64,000 bases of DNA, taken from the NCBI GenBank assembly GCA_903877385.1, contig CAIRDP010000011.1:69245-133244 (forward strand), read 5' to 3'. Below the pieces are notes generated by a model that was given only the letters and a program-made list of their open reading frames with translations, had not been told where the DNA came from and searched no databases. Of this stretch, positions 27,780 through 37,348 are shown in pieces. Origin of the DNA: an uncultured Bacteroidales bacterium (GTDB taxonomy: Bacteria > Bacteroidota > Bacteroidia > Bacteroidales > FEN-979). Numbering within the stretch: position 1 is the first letter of the stretch; each line of letters begins with the position of its first letter. A program made the position numbers and the translations under genes.

Positions 27780-29004
27780 CTGGGTACTGGTTGTACTGTA
27801 CCTGGTCCTTGTACTCATGGGCTGGCTTAATATTTATGCCGCCGTTTATAACGACAGCCACCAGCACATCACCGACCTGCATCAGAAATACGGTAAACAA
27901 ATGATGTTTATCGTGGCTTCCATCTTACTGGCAATCATCATTATTATCATAGACCCGAAGTTCTTCGCACAGTTTTCATATTTCTTCTACGCGTTTTTCC
28001 TTTTCAGCCTGGTCATGGTAATCTTTGCAGGGCGTGAAATCTCAGGCTCTAAGTCCTGGTTCCAGATAGGCGGATTCGGCATTCAGCCGGGGGAATTTGC
28101 CAAGATGGCTACGGCCCTCGCACTTGCGAAATACCTGGGCTCCCTTGACCACAACATCAAAAACCCCCGCCATCTGTTCATGGCTGCAGCTATCATCGTA
28201 ATCCCGGCCCTGCTGATCCTGGCCGAACGTGATACAGGAACCGCCCTTGTGTTTCTTTGCTTCGTCCTGGTGCTCTACAGGGCGGGCCTCACTGGCTGGG
28301 TTTTACTTGCCCTTTTAGCTCTTCCTGTGCTGGGAGTGCTCACCCTGAGCATGAACAAATTTCTGCTCATTGCCGTTTTGTTCGTGATAGCAGCCCTGCT
28401 TTACCTTCGCACAAGGCGGCACTCCAGGCATTTTCTAGTAATACTGGCGGTTTTCCTGGCTTCCACCGGTTTCGTTTTCTCGGTGCATTATACCTTCAAC
28501 CATATCCTTGAACCTCACCAGCGCCAGAGAATCAATGTACTTCTCGGTATTAATACCGACCTGAAAGGGGCCGGTTATAATGTAAATCAGTCGCTTATCG
28601 CAATCGGTTCAGGAAGGATGTGGGGCAAAGGTTTTTTGCAGGGAACTCAAACAAAGTATAATTTCGTCCCCGAACAAAGTACTGATTTTATTTTCTGCAC
28701 TGTAGGCGAAGAACATGGATTTATAGGATCATTGGTTGTTATTGGCTTGTTCCTGTCACTGATGATCAGGATTGTGCTCAATGCCGAAAGGCAGAGGTCG
28801 AAGTTCAGCAAAATGTATGGTTATGGGGTGGCTTCCCTGTTTTTTATCCATGTCTCGATCAACATCGGCATGGCGCTCGGGCTTTTACCCGTAATCGGTA
28901 TTCCGCTCCCGTTTTTCAGCTACGGGGGATCCTCACTCTGGGCTTTCACGATTCTACTGTTTATTTTCATTAAACAGGATACCCAGAGGTACGAACTGGT
29001 CTGA
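27745..29004 (+). CDS. rodA: rod shape-determining protein RodA (SEDS family glycosyltransferase)
   Basis: RIDWVLVVLYLVL, QPGEFAK, PEQSTDFIF and GIPLPFFSYGGSS. Confidence 0.9.
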   Translation: MRAEKGIFYRIDWVLVVLYLVLVLMGWLNIYAAVYNDSHQHITDLHQKYGKQMMFIVASILLAIIIIIIDPKFFAQFSYFFYAFFLFSLVMVIFAGREISGSKSWFQIGGFGIQPGEFAKMATALALAKYLGSLDHNIKNPRHLFMAAAIIVIPALLILAERDTGTALVFLCFVLVLYRAGLTGWVLLALLALPVLGVLTLSMNKFLLIAVLFVIAALLYLRTRRHSRHFLVILAVFLASTGFVFSVHYTFNHILEPHQRQRINVLLGINTDLKGAGYNVNQSLIAIGSGRMWGKGFLQGTQTKYNFVPEQSTDFIFCTVGEEHGFIGSLVVIGLFLSLMIRIVLNAERQRSKFSKMYGYGVASLFFIHVSINIGMALGLLPVIGIPLPFFSYGGSSLWAFTILLFIFIKQDTQRYELV

Positions 29005-29448
29005 TTAAAACTTGCCTCCCCCCGGCATACCACCCTGCATACCTCCGCCCATATGGTTATGCTGGCCTCCCGGTTGCTGCTGATGCCTTGGCTGGGCCGG
29101 GTTTTCTTCCCTCTGTTTTTTCAGGTCGGCCAGATAAGTGAGATACAAATCATACTTCTTGTCGTCGTGCAGGATCTTCTTCACTTTATCGTCCCTCGAT
29201 TTGGTCAAAACATCCATGACCTGAGGGTTCCCCTGTGCATTGTATTTTTGGATATCATCTATAAACTGAAGGAATGCAGTACTCAGAGAATCCTTTTGCC
29301 CCTTGGTCATTTGGATCTTCTTCCCCAGGTAGTCAACAGTCTCCTTTGTTCTCTCTTCAGGAGTTACCTCCTTTTTACTGCTTTGCTGGGCCTTGCTCCC
29401 TAAGCATGTTACAAGCAGCAGCAGAAATAAAAACCATTTTCTTTTCAT
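29005..29448 (-). CDS. small secreted protein with a His/Met/Gly-rich C-terminal tail
   Basis: Signal peptide MKRKWFLFLLLLVTCLGSKAQ. The tail is HQQQPGGQHNHMGGGMQGGMPGGGKF. Its stop codon abuts the rodA stop with no intergenic base. Confidence 0.55.
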   Translation of the reverse strand: MKRKWFLFLLLLVTCLGSKAQQSSKKEVTPEERTKETVDYLGKKIQMTKGQKDSLSTAFLQFIDDIQKYNAQGNPQVMDVLTKSRDDKVKKILHDDKKYDLYLTYLADLKKQREENPAQPRHQQQPGGQHNHMGGGMQGGMPGGGKF

Positions 29449-29473
29449 GAGATGAATTGTTAAACCTTAATTT

Positions 29474-29501
29474 GTACATCGTACATTGTACAAGGTACAT
29501 T
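29474..29501. repeat. (GTACATN)x4 heptamer array
   Basis: Reads gtacatc gtacatt gtacaag gtacatt. It lies between the barrel-protein stop and the next gene start. Confidence 0.85.
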
Positions 29502-30828
29502 AAAATACTTCCTGAGTCTGAACGTACAATCCATGCGACATATTGCCAATGCCGAAGTCGATGGCGATGTTTGTACGGTCATTTTTTCCAACCATGATCC
29601 TGAGCCCAACCCCTGCCGCAGGCTGAAAAAAGCCGAATAAGGGGATATTCATATCCCGGTTTGAAACAGTGGTGACATTTGTAAAAACAACACCTCCCAG
29701 GATATGGGTGTGAGGTGAAATGGGGAAACGGTATTCCATCTCACCGTAAACAAAATCCTCCCCCCTGAACCTACCCTGGGCATACCCCCTGCCCGAAGAA
29801 TTCATCTGGTCATAACTGATGCTCATCAGGTCCAGAAACGGGACCGAGCCGCTGACCAAAAAGGAACCATAGTACCAGAATGCCAGTAAATGCCTCGGGC
29901 ATCGGCTTGAAAGGGGGATGAATGCCCTGAATTCAGTCCATAAGGTGGAACTGTTCTTGCTGCTTCCAAGCCAGGTGGCATTGTAACGATAATTTACGTT
30001 TACAAAGACACCTTTGTAAGCATTGACCTGGTCGTCCCTGGTATCAAACACAAAATTCGCGCTTACTCCTGATGTAATATAATGACCAGGGTTGAAACCA
30101 TGCAGTGTGCTGTAAGCAAAGTGAGGTGTATTATACAGGGTGTCGTGGGTGATCAAAAGATTATCATCACTGATATTATAATGAATATCAATATGATAGC
30201 CAACACCAACGTTGATCGAAGAGGTCAAACGCCTCGAAACAACGTTATAAAACCTTATCCAGTTGTAATCCATGGGATAGACCCCGTTGAAAGAAGGGTC
30301 GATGAGCACTGCTTTGTACCCGGGAACCTGTGGAATAGCCACCTGATTAGTGCTTCCGAGGGAGTAGGTAGGCAGGTTAAAAAAATAGGCCCTCCAGTCG
30401 CTCTGTAAAAACCATTTATTCTTCGGGAAATAAATATTTCCCTTGTACTGAATGAAAAATTGCTGATTCAGGGTATATAAGACCGAAGCCACCCCGGCCG
30501 ACAACTTGGTGTTTTCGGCCTTTCCAAGCTGAAGAGAGAAGGAACCTCCCAGTCCGAACTGAAGGCTGGTTGCCGGGTCGTAGGCTACAAGGGGGATGGC
30601 GAAAAACCTGAAGCGTTTTTCTTTTTTGGGGTAGAAAGGATTTTTACCCCTGAAAAAAAAATCGATGAGGTCTTTCTGCGGACAGCATGTGTCGCATTTC
30701 AATGGTTTGTGCGAAGGAGGCGCAACCGCAGCAGCGGTTGAATCTTTCAAGCCTTGTCCCATGCCATCAGCATACATGAAAAGGGCGAAAAAAATAATTG
30801 CTGACAGCAGCAGGGTTTTAACCGTCAT
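29500..30828 (-). CDS. outer membrane beta-barrel, BamA/surface-antigen (D15)-like without POTRA domains
   Basis: Ends in the aromatic terminal residue (QTQEVF) and shows alternating beta-strand patterns. The start at MTVKTLLLSAIIFFALF gives an ATGA overlap with the upstream gene stop. Confidence 0.6.
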   Translation of the reverse strand: MTVKTLLLSAIIFFALFMYADGMGQGLKDSTAAAVAPPSHKPLKCDTCCPQKDLIDFFFRGKNPFYPKKEKRFRFFAIPLVAYDPATSLQFGLGGSFSLQLGKAENTKLSAGVASVLYTLNQQFFIQYKGNIYFPKNKWFLQSDWRAYFFNLPTYSLGSTNQVAIPQVPGYKAVLIDPSFNGVYPMDYNWIRFYNVVSRRLTSSINVGVGYHIDIHYNISDDNLLITHDTLYNTPHFAYSTLHGFNPGHYITSGVSANFVFDTRDDQVNAYKGVFVNVNYRYNATWLGSSKNSSTLWTEFRAFIPLSSRCPRHLLAFWYYGSFLVSGSVPFLDLMSISYDQMNSSGRGYAQGRFRGEDFVYGEMEYRFPISPHTHILGGVVFTNVTTVSNRDMNIPLFGFFQPAAGVGLRIMVGKNDRTNIAIDFGIGNMSHGLYVQTQEVF

Positions 30829-31658
30829 GGAACGATGGAGGATATTGGGAAGGGCAGCTGGCATTCGAGAAAATAGATGTTTGTATCATCGATCTGCCTG
30901 AATTCACGGTATAAGCCATCCCGGGTAGTCGTACGTGGGACAGGGTCAAAACCGTTCATCAGTCCGGCGCGGTTCAGGAAAGTATTTTTATCACTCTGGG
31001 CTGCAAAGCTGATCCTGGCAAAATAAACATCCCTTTCGAACGGAAGAATCACTACGAACATAGTGTTCCGGACCATGGCAAAAAGGTCCTGCCACGGGAC
31101 CGGGGTATGCATCACCCCCAGTACCCCTTTTGTACACCAGGGATCACGCCCGAAACGGCTTATCAGGGTCTGTGTAAATTCTGAAGGGAGTTGAAAAACG
31201 GTGTCGGCGTTATTACTCATGAATCTCTTTGCCACCGCTGAAAAGAAGCCTTTATCTGCCGGCGACGGGATATCGCTTGTGATCCTGATATAAAACCTTC
31301 CGTAGGCAGCCTGGTAACCATTGGATGAAAAACAGTCATACACTGTCAGGGTGTCCCTTGTGCGGCAGGAAGCATGGGAAACCGAAAAAATACCGTAGGC
31401 CGAACAGGCGTCGGTCATTTCAAAAGCTTCAAGCACCACGTGCTCGGTTTGCCATCTCAGGTCCTGTACAAGCAGGCTTTTAAAACCGTATTCAAGAAAA
31501 AGTTCCCCGCTCCCATGAAGGTAATCCCTGAAATCCTGTCCTGTAAGAACTGCGGTATTGGAGATCAGAGCCTGTGGAACATCCCTGTCCTGTAAGGGAA
31601 CGACCTGGGAGAAAACGTTAAAAGGGAAGATTAAAAGTATCAGAAAAAAGCGATACAT
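30825..31658 (-). CDS. secreted protein of unknown function, translationally coupled to the barrel protein
   Basis: Signal peptide MYRFFLILLIFPFNVFSQ, 277 aa. Its stop overlaps the next start (ATGA). Confidence 0.55.
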   Translation of the reverse strand: MYRFFLILLIFPFNVFSQVVPLQDRDVPQALISNTAVLTGQDFRDYLHGSGELFLEYGFKSLLVQDLRWQTEHVVLEAFEMTDACSAYGIFSVSHASCRTRDTLTVYDCFSSNGYQAAYGRFYIRITSDIPSPADKGFFSAVAKRFMSNNADTVFQLPSEFTQTLISRFGRDPWCTKGVLGVMHTPVPWQDLFAMVRNTMFVVILPFERDVYFARISFAAQSDKNTFLNRAGLMNGFDPVPRTTTRDGLYREFRQIDDTNIYFLECQLPFPISSIVP

Positions 31659-31707
31659 AAAGCCTGATTAAAATTTGAATTCTTTTGACTCAGACAAAGT
31701 TATATAA

Positions 31708-34700
31708 TTATGCCGGATTAATCGCTTTTGATGAGCGAAGCTGCTTTCCCCTGTAAACCCTTTGCACGATGACAGGAAAAATAAAGAGTGTGAGGATTGT
31801 TGCGCTCATCAAGCCTCCGACTATAACAATGGCAAGTGGTTTCTGGGTTTCAGAACCAATACCGGTTGAGATTGCAGCAGGCAGCAAGCCGAAAATCGCC
31901 ATCAGTGCGGTCATTACAACCGGGCGCACACGGCTGATGGCTCCTACCTTGATCGCATCATTCAGCAGCATATTGTTGGTAAGGTTTTGTTTGATCACCG
32001 AAATAATGATCACTCCGTTCTGAATGCATATCCCGAATAATGCGATAAATCCTATGCCTGCAGATATGTTAAAATTCGTCCCGGTGAAGAGCAGGGCCAG
32101 AATGCCCCCGACGATGGCGAAAGGGACGTTGAGCAATACCAGAAGTACGTCCCTGATCTTGCGGAACAGGATGAGAAGAATAATGAATATGATGCACAAA
32201 CTGATGGGAACCACTATGGATAGCCTGGTCATTGCCCTGATCTCGCTCTCATAGTCACCCACCCACTGCATTGAGTATCCCTTGGGAAGCCTGATCTCTT
32301 TTTCCAGTATTTTCTGGCCGTCGGCAACCGTACTTCCCAGATCCCTTCCGCGCACTGCAAAAGCCACAGCCGAGAAGCGCCGGTTGTTATCCCTGTAAAT
32401 GAATGCAGGGCCACTGCTCAGGTTGATATCGGCAATCTCTTTGAGCGGGATTTTTGAGCCCGATGCTGTGGGGATCATGAGTTCAGCGATCTCCGTTTCA
32501 CTCTCCCTGAAAGGGAACTGGTAACGCACACGGATGTCGAATTTCTTCTCGCCCTCATACAATTGTGAAACAGCCTTGCCTCCTACGGCCATTTCAATCA
32601 CTGTGTTGGCCTCTGAAGCTGAAATTCCGTAGGCAGCCATCTTTTCCCGGTCAAGTTTTATGCTCAGTTCGGGCTGCCCCAGGTTTTTCAGGATGCCAAC
32701 GTCTTCCATCCCCGGAATCGGCCTGATTTGCTCACAAACCTGCCCCGCAATTTTAGTTATGGTATCCAGGTTTTCTCCAAACACTTTAACCGCCTGGTTC
32801 ACATTGATGCCGGCAACTGCCTCGTTCACGTTATCAATAATAGGTTGTGAGAAAGACCATAGGGTCCCTATATATTTTGAATCCAGTTTCGCCTGCATTT
32901 TGGCTATCAGCTCATCTTTTTTAAGATGCGATTTCCATTGTTCCTGGGGATAGAGATCAACCAGGCATTCAATATCATAAAATCCTTTCGGGTCAGTTCC
33001 GTCGTCGGGCCTTCCTATTTGTGAAACGACTTCCTTCACTTCGGGGAACCTCAGCAAATCATACCGCAGGCTGTCGGCGAGTATTTTAGACTCCTTAAGC
33101 GATATGCTCATGGGGGCGTTGCCTTCAACCCAAAGGGTCCCCTCGTTCAGGTGCGGAATAAATTCGGTGCCCAGAAATTTTGCGAAAAAGAACACTATGA
33201 GAATAAGGGAGGCAGCCATGCCGAGGCTTAGCTTCTTGTTCCTCATTATCCAGTCGAAGATTTTCTCATAGTACTTTATCATCCCTGCAACGAGGGGATT
33301 GTGTTTTTCAACTACATTTTTATGCAGCAGGCTGCTGGCAAGTGCCGGCACGAAAGTGAGAGTAAAAAATAAGGCTCCCAGCAGGGCAAAGCCCAGGGTA
33401 TAAGCCAGGGGTGAAAATAATTTTCCTTCAACTTTTTCAAATGAAAAAATAGGGATCAGGGCGGTAATGATGATAAGCTTGGAAAAAAAGATGGCTTTTC
33501 CCATATCTACGCTGGTGCGCCGGATAATTCCAAGTTTTGCCACTTTATTGAATTTTTCCATTCCAATTTCCATGGCATAATATCCCAGGGCAACAAACAC
33601 CCCTTCGACCATTACCACGGCGCCATCAATCAGAATCCCGAAATCAATGGCGCCGATGGAAATAAGATTGGCAAACATCCCTCTCGAATAAAGCAGGATA
33701 AAAGCAAAAAGCAGGGAAAGGGGGATGATCAGTGAAACGATCAGCGTGGCTCTCCAGTCGCGCATGAAAAGAAACACAACCGCGGTAACTAAGATAATTC
33801 CCAGCAGTACGTTATGGAATACCGTGTGCAAACAGAAGTCGATAAGGTTCTGCCTGTCATAAACCGTTTGAATTTCAACATCCGGAGGCAGTATCTTAGT
33901 GTTCAGTTCACTTATTTCTTTTTTTATCGCTTTAAGCACCGGGCCGGGGTCAATCCCTTTACGCATCAGCACGATACCTTCCACAACATCAGGATCATGA
34001 CCGCGGGCGACCATCCCGAGCCGGGGCCGGTTCGACTCCACCACATCGGCAACATTCCTCACCAGTATGGGAGTTCCTTTCACCACTTTGATGACGATGC
34101 TTTTAATTTCTTCAATATTATTGACCAGCCCTATCCCCCTCACCACAAAAGCCTGGGCTGAGCGTTCAATCACATCTCCCCCCACATTGATATTGCTTTT
34201 GCTTATTGCATCGTGCACATCAACAGCAGTAAGGTCATATTGTGAAAGCAGTTCGGGATTAACCTGCACTTCGTAGGTTTTAACAGGGCCTCCAAAGGCA
34301 ATCACATCGGCCACTCCCGGCACGGTATGGAGGTTACGGTCGATCAGCCAGTCCTGTATCGTACGCAGTTCCGTTGGCGAGCGGTGCTTCGAATGCAGGG
34401 TGTACCTGAAGATCTCATCGGTTGGACCGGTGGGCGGAGTGAGTTCGGCTTCGGCGCCTTCAGGCAGATCGATGGATGGTAAAAGCCCCGTGATCTGCTG
34501 ACGGGCATACAGATCATCCACATCATCTTCAAATACCAGGGTTACAACTGAAAGCCCGAACAGAGACTGGGACCTGAGATTGGTTTTCCTCTGCACGCTG
34601 TTCATAACGATCTCAACCGGGATGGTAACAAAACGCTCTACCTCCTGTGCACTGCGCCCCGGCCAACGGGTAATAATCTGTATCTGGGTGTTTGTAAAGT

Positions 34701-34830
34701 CGGGGAAAGCGACAATAGGTGTTTTTAAAAAGCTGTAGATACCTGCAAACGCCAGGATGCCCGTCATGAAAAAAACAAAGAGCTTGTGCCGTAATGAGAA
34801 GGAAATTACATTTTTAACAAAGTCGTTCAT
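31708..34830 (-). CDS. CusA/CzcA-family heavy-metal efflux RND transporter (copy 1)
   Basis: About 1040 aa. FPDFTNTQIQIITRWPGRSAQEVE and AIDFGILIDGAVVMVE are present, with 12-TM RND topology. Start taken at MNDFVKN (ATG 34828-34830). Confidence 0.9.
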   Translation of the reverse strand: MNDFVKNVISFSLRHKLFVFFMTGILAFAGIYSFLKTPIVAFPDFTNTQIQIITRWPGRSAQEVERFVTIPVEIVMNSVQRKTNLRSQSLFGLSVVTLVFEDDVDDLYARQQITGLLPSIDLPEGAEAELTPPTGPTDEIFRYTLHSKHRSPTELRTIQDWLIDRNLHTVPGVADVIAFGGPVKTYEVQVNPELLSQYDLTAVDVHDAISKSNINVGGDVIERSAQAFVVRGIGLVNNIEEIKSIVIKVVKGTPILVRNVADVVESNRPRLGMVARGHDPDVVEGIVLMRKGIDPGPVLKAIKKEISELNTKILPPDVEIQTVYDRQNLIDFCLHTVFHNVLLGIILVTAVVFLFMRDWRATLIVSLIIPLSLLFAFILLYSRGMFANLISIGAIDFGILIDGAVVMVEGVFVALGYYAMEIGMEKFNKVAKLGIIRRTSVDMGKAIFFSKLIIITALIPIFSFEKVEGKLFSPLAYTLGFALLGALFFTLTFVPALASSLLHKNVVEKHNPLVAGMIKYYEKIFDWIMRNKKLSLGMAASLILIVFFFAKFLGTEFIPHLNEGTLWVEGNAPMSISLKESKILADSLRYDLLRFPEVKEVVSQIGRPDDGTDPKGFYDIECLVDLYPQEQWKSHLKKDELIAKMQAKLDSKYIGTLWSFSQPIIDNVNEAVAGINVNQAVKVFGENLDTITKIAGQVCEQIRPIPGMEDVGILKNLGQPELSIKLDREKMAAYGISASEANTVIEMAVGGKAVSQLYEGEKKFDIRVRYQFPFRESETEIAELMIPTASGSKIPLKEIADINLSSGPAFIYRDNNRRFSAVAFAVRGRDLGSTVADGQKILEKEIRLPKGYSMQWVGDYESEIRAMTRLSIVVPISLCIIFIILLILFRKIRDVLLVLLNVPFAIVGGILALLFTGTNFNISAGIGFIALFGICIQNGVIIISVIKQNLTNNMLLNDAIKVGAISRVRPVVMTALMAIFGLLPAAISTGIGSETQKPLAIVIVGGLMSATILTLFIFPVIVQRVYRGKQLRSSKAINPA

Positions 34831-34864
34831 AGCCGGTCTCTTATGGGATATTCGGGGAGTTTGC

Positions 34865-35989
34865 TTATTGTTTTTCCATTGCTGTGAACACAAACAATCC
34901 GTTTCTTGCGATCGCGAGATCCCCTTCGCGCAGCAATGAGCCCTCAATAAAACTTATACCGTTAAAGGATTTGAAAATTTTGACCTGCTCACATTTCACA
35001 TCGCACTTACTTCCGAAACGCAGTATATAATTCTTGTTATTACTGAAGATGACGGTATTCGATTTTACGGCCAGCATTTGTTTATCCTCAGGAAACCGGA
35101 TAAGAAAATGTGCGAACATCCCCGGTTTCAGTTTAAATTCGGGGTTCTCGAGACGTATCCTTATACTCATAACCTTTGTTTCAGGGTCAAGTATATTTGA
35201 GATTCGCTCAATGTTCCCGCTGAATTTTTTACCGGGATAGCTTAAGGTCGTGATTTCGGCGGAAGACCCCACACTCACTTTTTCAATATCGGTTTCGAAT
35301 ACATTGGCTACCGCCCAAACATCTTTAAGGTCGCTGATGATAAAAAGGGCACTGTTGTCGTCGGGGCGTATGTCCTTGCCTGAAGTAATGTTTTTTTCGA
35401 CGACAAAACCGCTGATGGGCGACTTGATCACATAACCAGAACCGCTGGAGTCCTTGGCCGAAAAAGAGCTTCCGTAAATCTTAAGGACCTCGCTTATTTT
35501 ATTGTACTGTGCGCTGGCTTTCTGGTATTCGTTCTGGGCCACGAGGAATTCTTTGTCGGAACTTACCCCGCTGTTCTTCATGGCAGCCGTTACCTCCAGG
35601 CTTTTCTTTGCTATGGCAAGTTCGGATTGGGAAGACCTGAACTCGTTATAAAAATTCGCCATGTCGGAACTGCGGATCACGGCAAGGACTTTCCCCTTTT
35701 CCACAAAATCTCCAAGTGAAACTTTAACTTCGGCGACCTGCCCGCTCACAAGCGGGAAGATTTTTGCAACATTATCCTCATTGTAAGTGATTTTTCCTGC
35801 AAGGGCAAGTTCACTGTTTACAGATTCTGCCTTTAAGGTATCAAACGTGATGTTTTTCAGAAGGGAATCGGGAAGGCAAAACTGGTTCTTATTTGCATTG
35901 TCCTGACTTGTATCAGGCCCGGTACATGAAAGCAGAAACGCAAATGAAAGCATTACGATAAGGCCGGGAAATATTTTTCTGGGGTCCAT
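34865..35989 (-). CDS. efflux RND periplasmic adaptor subunit (copy 1)
   Basis: Lipobox LLSC. A lipoyl/hairpin region (GQVAEVKVSLGDFVEKGKVLAVI) and a beta-barrel C-terminus. Start taken at MDPRK. Confidence 0.85.
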   Translation of the reverse strand: MDPRKIFPGLIVMLSFAFLLSCTGPDTSQDNANKNQFCLPDSLLKNITFDTLKAESVNSELALAGKITYNEDNVAKIFPLVSGQVAEVKVSLGDFVEKGKVLAVIRSSDMANFYNEFRSSQSELAIAKKSLEVTAAMKNSGVSSDKEFLVAQNEYQKASAQYNKISEVLKIYGSSFSAKDSSGSGYVIKSPISGFVVEKNITSGKDIRPDDNSALFIISDLKDVWAVANVFETDIEKVSVGSSAEITTLSYPGKKFSGNIERISNILDPETKVMSIRIRLENPEFKLKPGMFAHFLIRFPEDKQMLAVKSNTVIFSNNKNYILRFGSKCDVKCEQVKIFKSFNGISFIEGSLLREGDLAIARNGLFVFTAMEKQ

Positions 35990-35996
35990 GATGATA

Positions 35997-37283
35997 CTAT
36001 TTAATGACAATTGTTCCTGAGGCCATGTTCAGGTCCTCCATGGCTTCAAGCCGGTTGTTCTGGAGATTGAAGAATCCGATTTTGGAGTTCTTGTATGTTT
36101 CGTAATAATCAATAAATTCAAGCAGGCTGATGGTGTGATTCTGATAAGCAAAGCTTATCCCGTCAAGCAGTTTATCATAGTTGTTGTCGAATTTCCGCAT
36201 GGATGATTTATAAAGCCTGTCGGTTTCGGTCAGTTGTGTGTATGCCTTGTTTATTTCATTCCTGACTTCAAGTTCACATTGACTTTCCAGGGCCTTGCTT
36301 TCTTCTATTTTATTCTGAGCTATTTTAATATTCCCCTGGTTCTGGTTGAGTACAGGAAGGTCAAAACTTAAAGAAACCGAATTGTAGTTTTGTATATAAT
36401 TCCCCTGCTTATCGTAATTTGCACCAAGAGTCAGATCAGGAACCCTCATTGCTTTCTGAAGGGAGAGATTGGTTTGCTCAGCCCTGACCTGGGCTGCAGA
36501 AATTTTTATGTCATATCGATGGTTAAGACCCGAATCGAGAAGCTGGAGGCAGGTAAGGGAAGCAGGATTTATTTGATCAAATTGTGAAATATCCAGCAGG
36601 GGTTTTATATGCCCGGAGGTTGTATCACCGATGAGCAAAACGAGATTGCTTTGATTTTCGGTAACATTTTTCAGCACTTCAATTTTTTCATTTTGCAGGT
36701 TAAACTGAAGGGATTGCAAACGGGCCAGCTCATTAAACGAAACATTGCCTTTCTGATATTCGGAAGCATACGCATCAACCAGGGTTTTTAATGCATAGAG
36801 TTCCCTGTCGTATACCGAAACAGATTGCTGCGAAAAATAAAGCCCGAAGAATGAAACTCTCAGTTCGTGGCGTAAAACACGCATCAGATCATAAAACTGG
36901 TATTTTGCGATTTCCGAATTGATCTTTTCGCTGCTTATCCGTTTGCTTCTTTTACCCGCAAGAACGAAAAGCTGCTGAAGCGAAAAGGCAGTTTCACCCG
37001 TAGTAGAAAAATCGAACCATTTTTTCGTATCGGGGTTATAGGCTCCCTGTTCAATGCTGAAAGTTGGGTTGGCCCACAACTTCGCCTGGATTACGGCAGC
37101 ATCGGCTTCACTGATCTGGTATTTGGCGGCCAGAAGTTCGAAATTTCTTTCAAGAAATAACTTTTCTGCATCCTGAAGCGATAGTTTAAGAGTATCTGAA
37201 ATGAAATTTCTTTGGGCATTGGAATGATCAACAGAGGAGCAAATAAAAAGCAGTAACAGTAAGAAAATCTTTCTCCTCATCAT
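35997..37283 (-). CDS. TolC-family outer membrane efflux protein (copy 1)
   Basis: Two-repeat OEP architecture with a signal peptide MMRRKIFLLLLLFICSS. It heads the 3-gene operon in CzcC-like order. Confidence 0.85.
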   Translation of the reverse strand: MMRRKIFLLLLLFICSSVDHSNAQRNFISDTLKLSLQDAEKLFLERNFELLAAKYQISEADAAVIQAKLWANPTFSIEQGAYNPDTKKWFDFSTTGETAFSLQQLFVLAGKRSKRISSEKINSEIAKYQFYDLMRVLRHELRVSFFGLYFSQQSVSVYDRELYALKTLVDAYASEYQKGNVSFNELARLQSLQFNLQNEKIEVLKNVTENQSNLVLLIGDTTSGHIKPLLDISQFDQINPASLTCLQLLDSGLNHRYDIKISAAQVRAEQTNLSLQKAMRVPDLTLGANYDKQGNYIQNYNSVSLSFDLPVLNQNQGNIKIAQNKIEESKALESQCELEVRNEINKAYTQLTETDRLYKSSMRKFDNNYDKLLDGISFAYQNHTISLLEFIDYYETYKNSKIGFFNLQNNRLEAMEDLNMASGTIVIK

Positions 37284-37348
37284 TGTAAAATTACATCCGG
37301 CCGGGACCAACAGAATTCAACAGGTTTATTAACAACTTCAGGCCGGAA

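Noticed and set aside
29474-29501. Possible CopY/BlaI-type cop box (TACAnnTGTA) in the GTACAT array next to the metal-efflux genes
   Set aside because: The spacing does not fit. The array gives TACA-t-TGTA and TACA-tc-GTAC, not TACA-NN-TGTA, and no CopY/BlaI-like regulator is encoded nearby.
34831-34947. N-terminal extension of RND pump copy 1 (MRAHCCAKGISRSQ...)
   Set aside because: The extension overlaps the 3' end of the adaptor gene. The paralog and the RND family both begin at the MN(D/K)F(V/I)K position.
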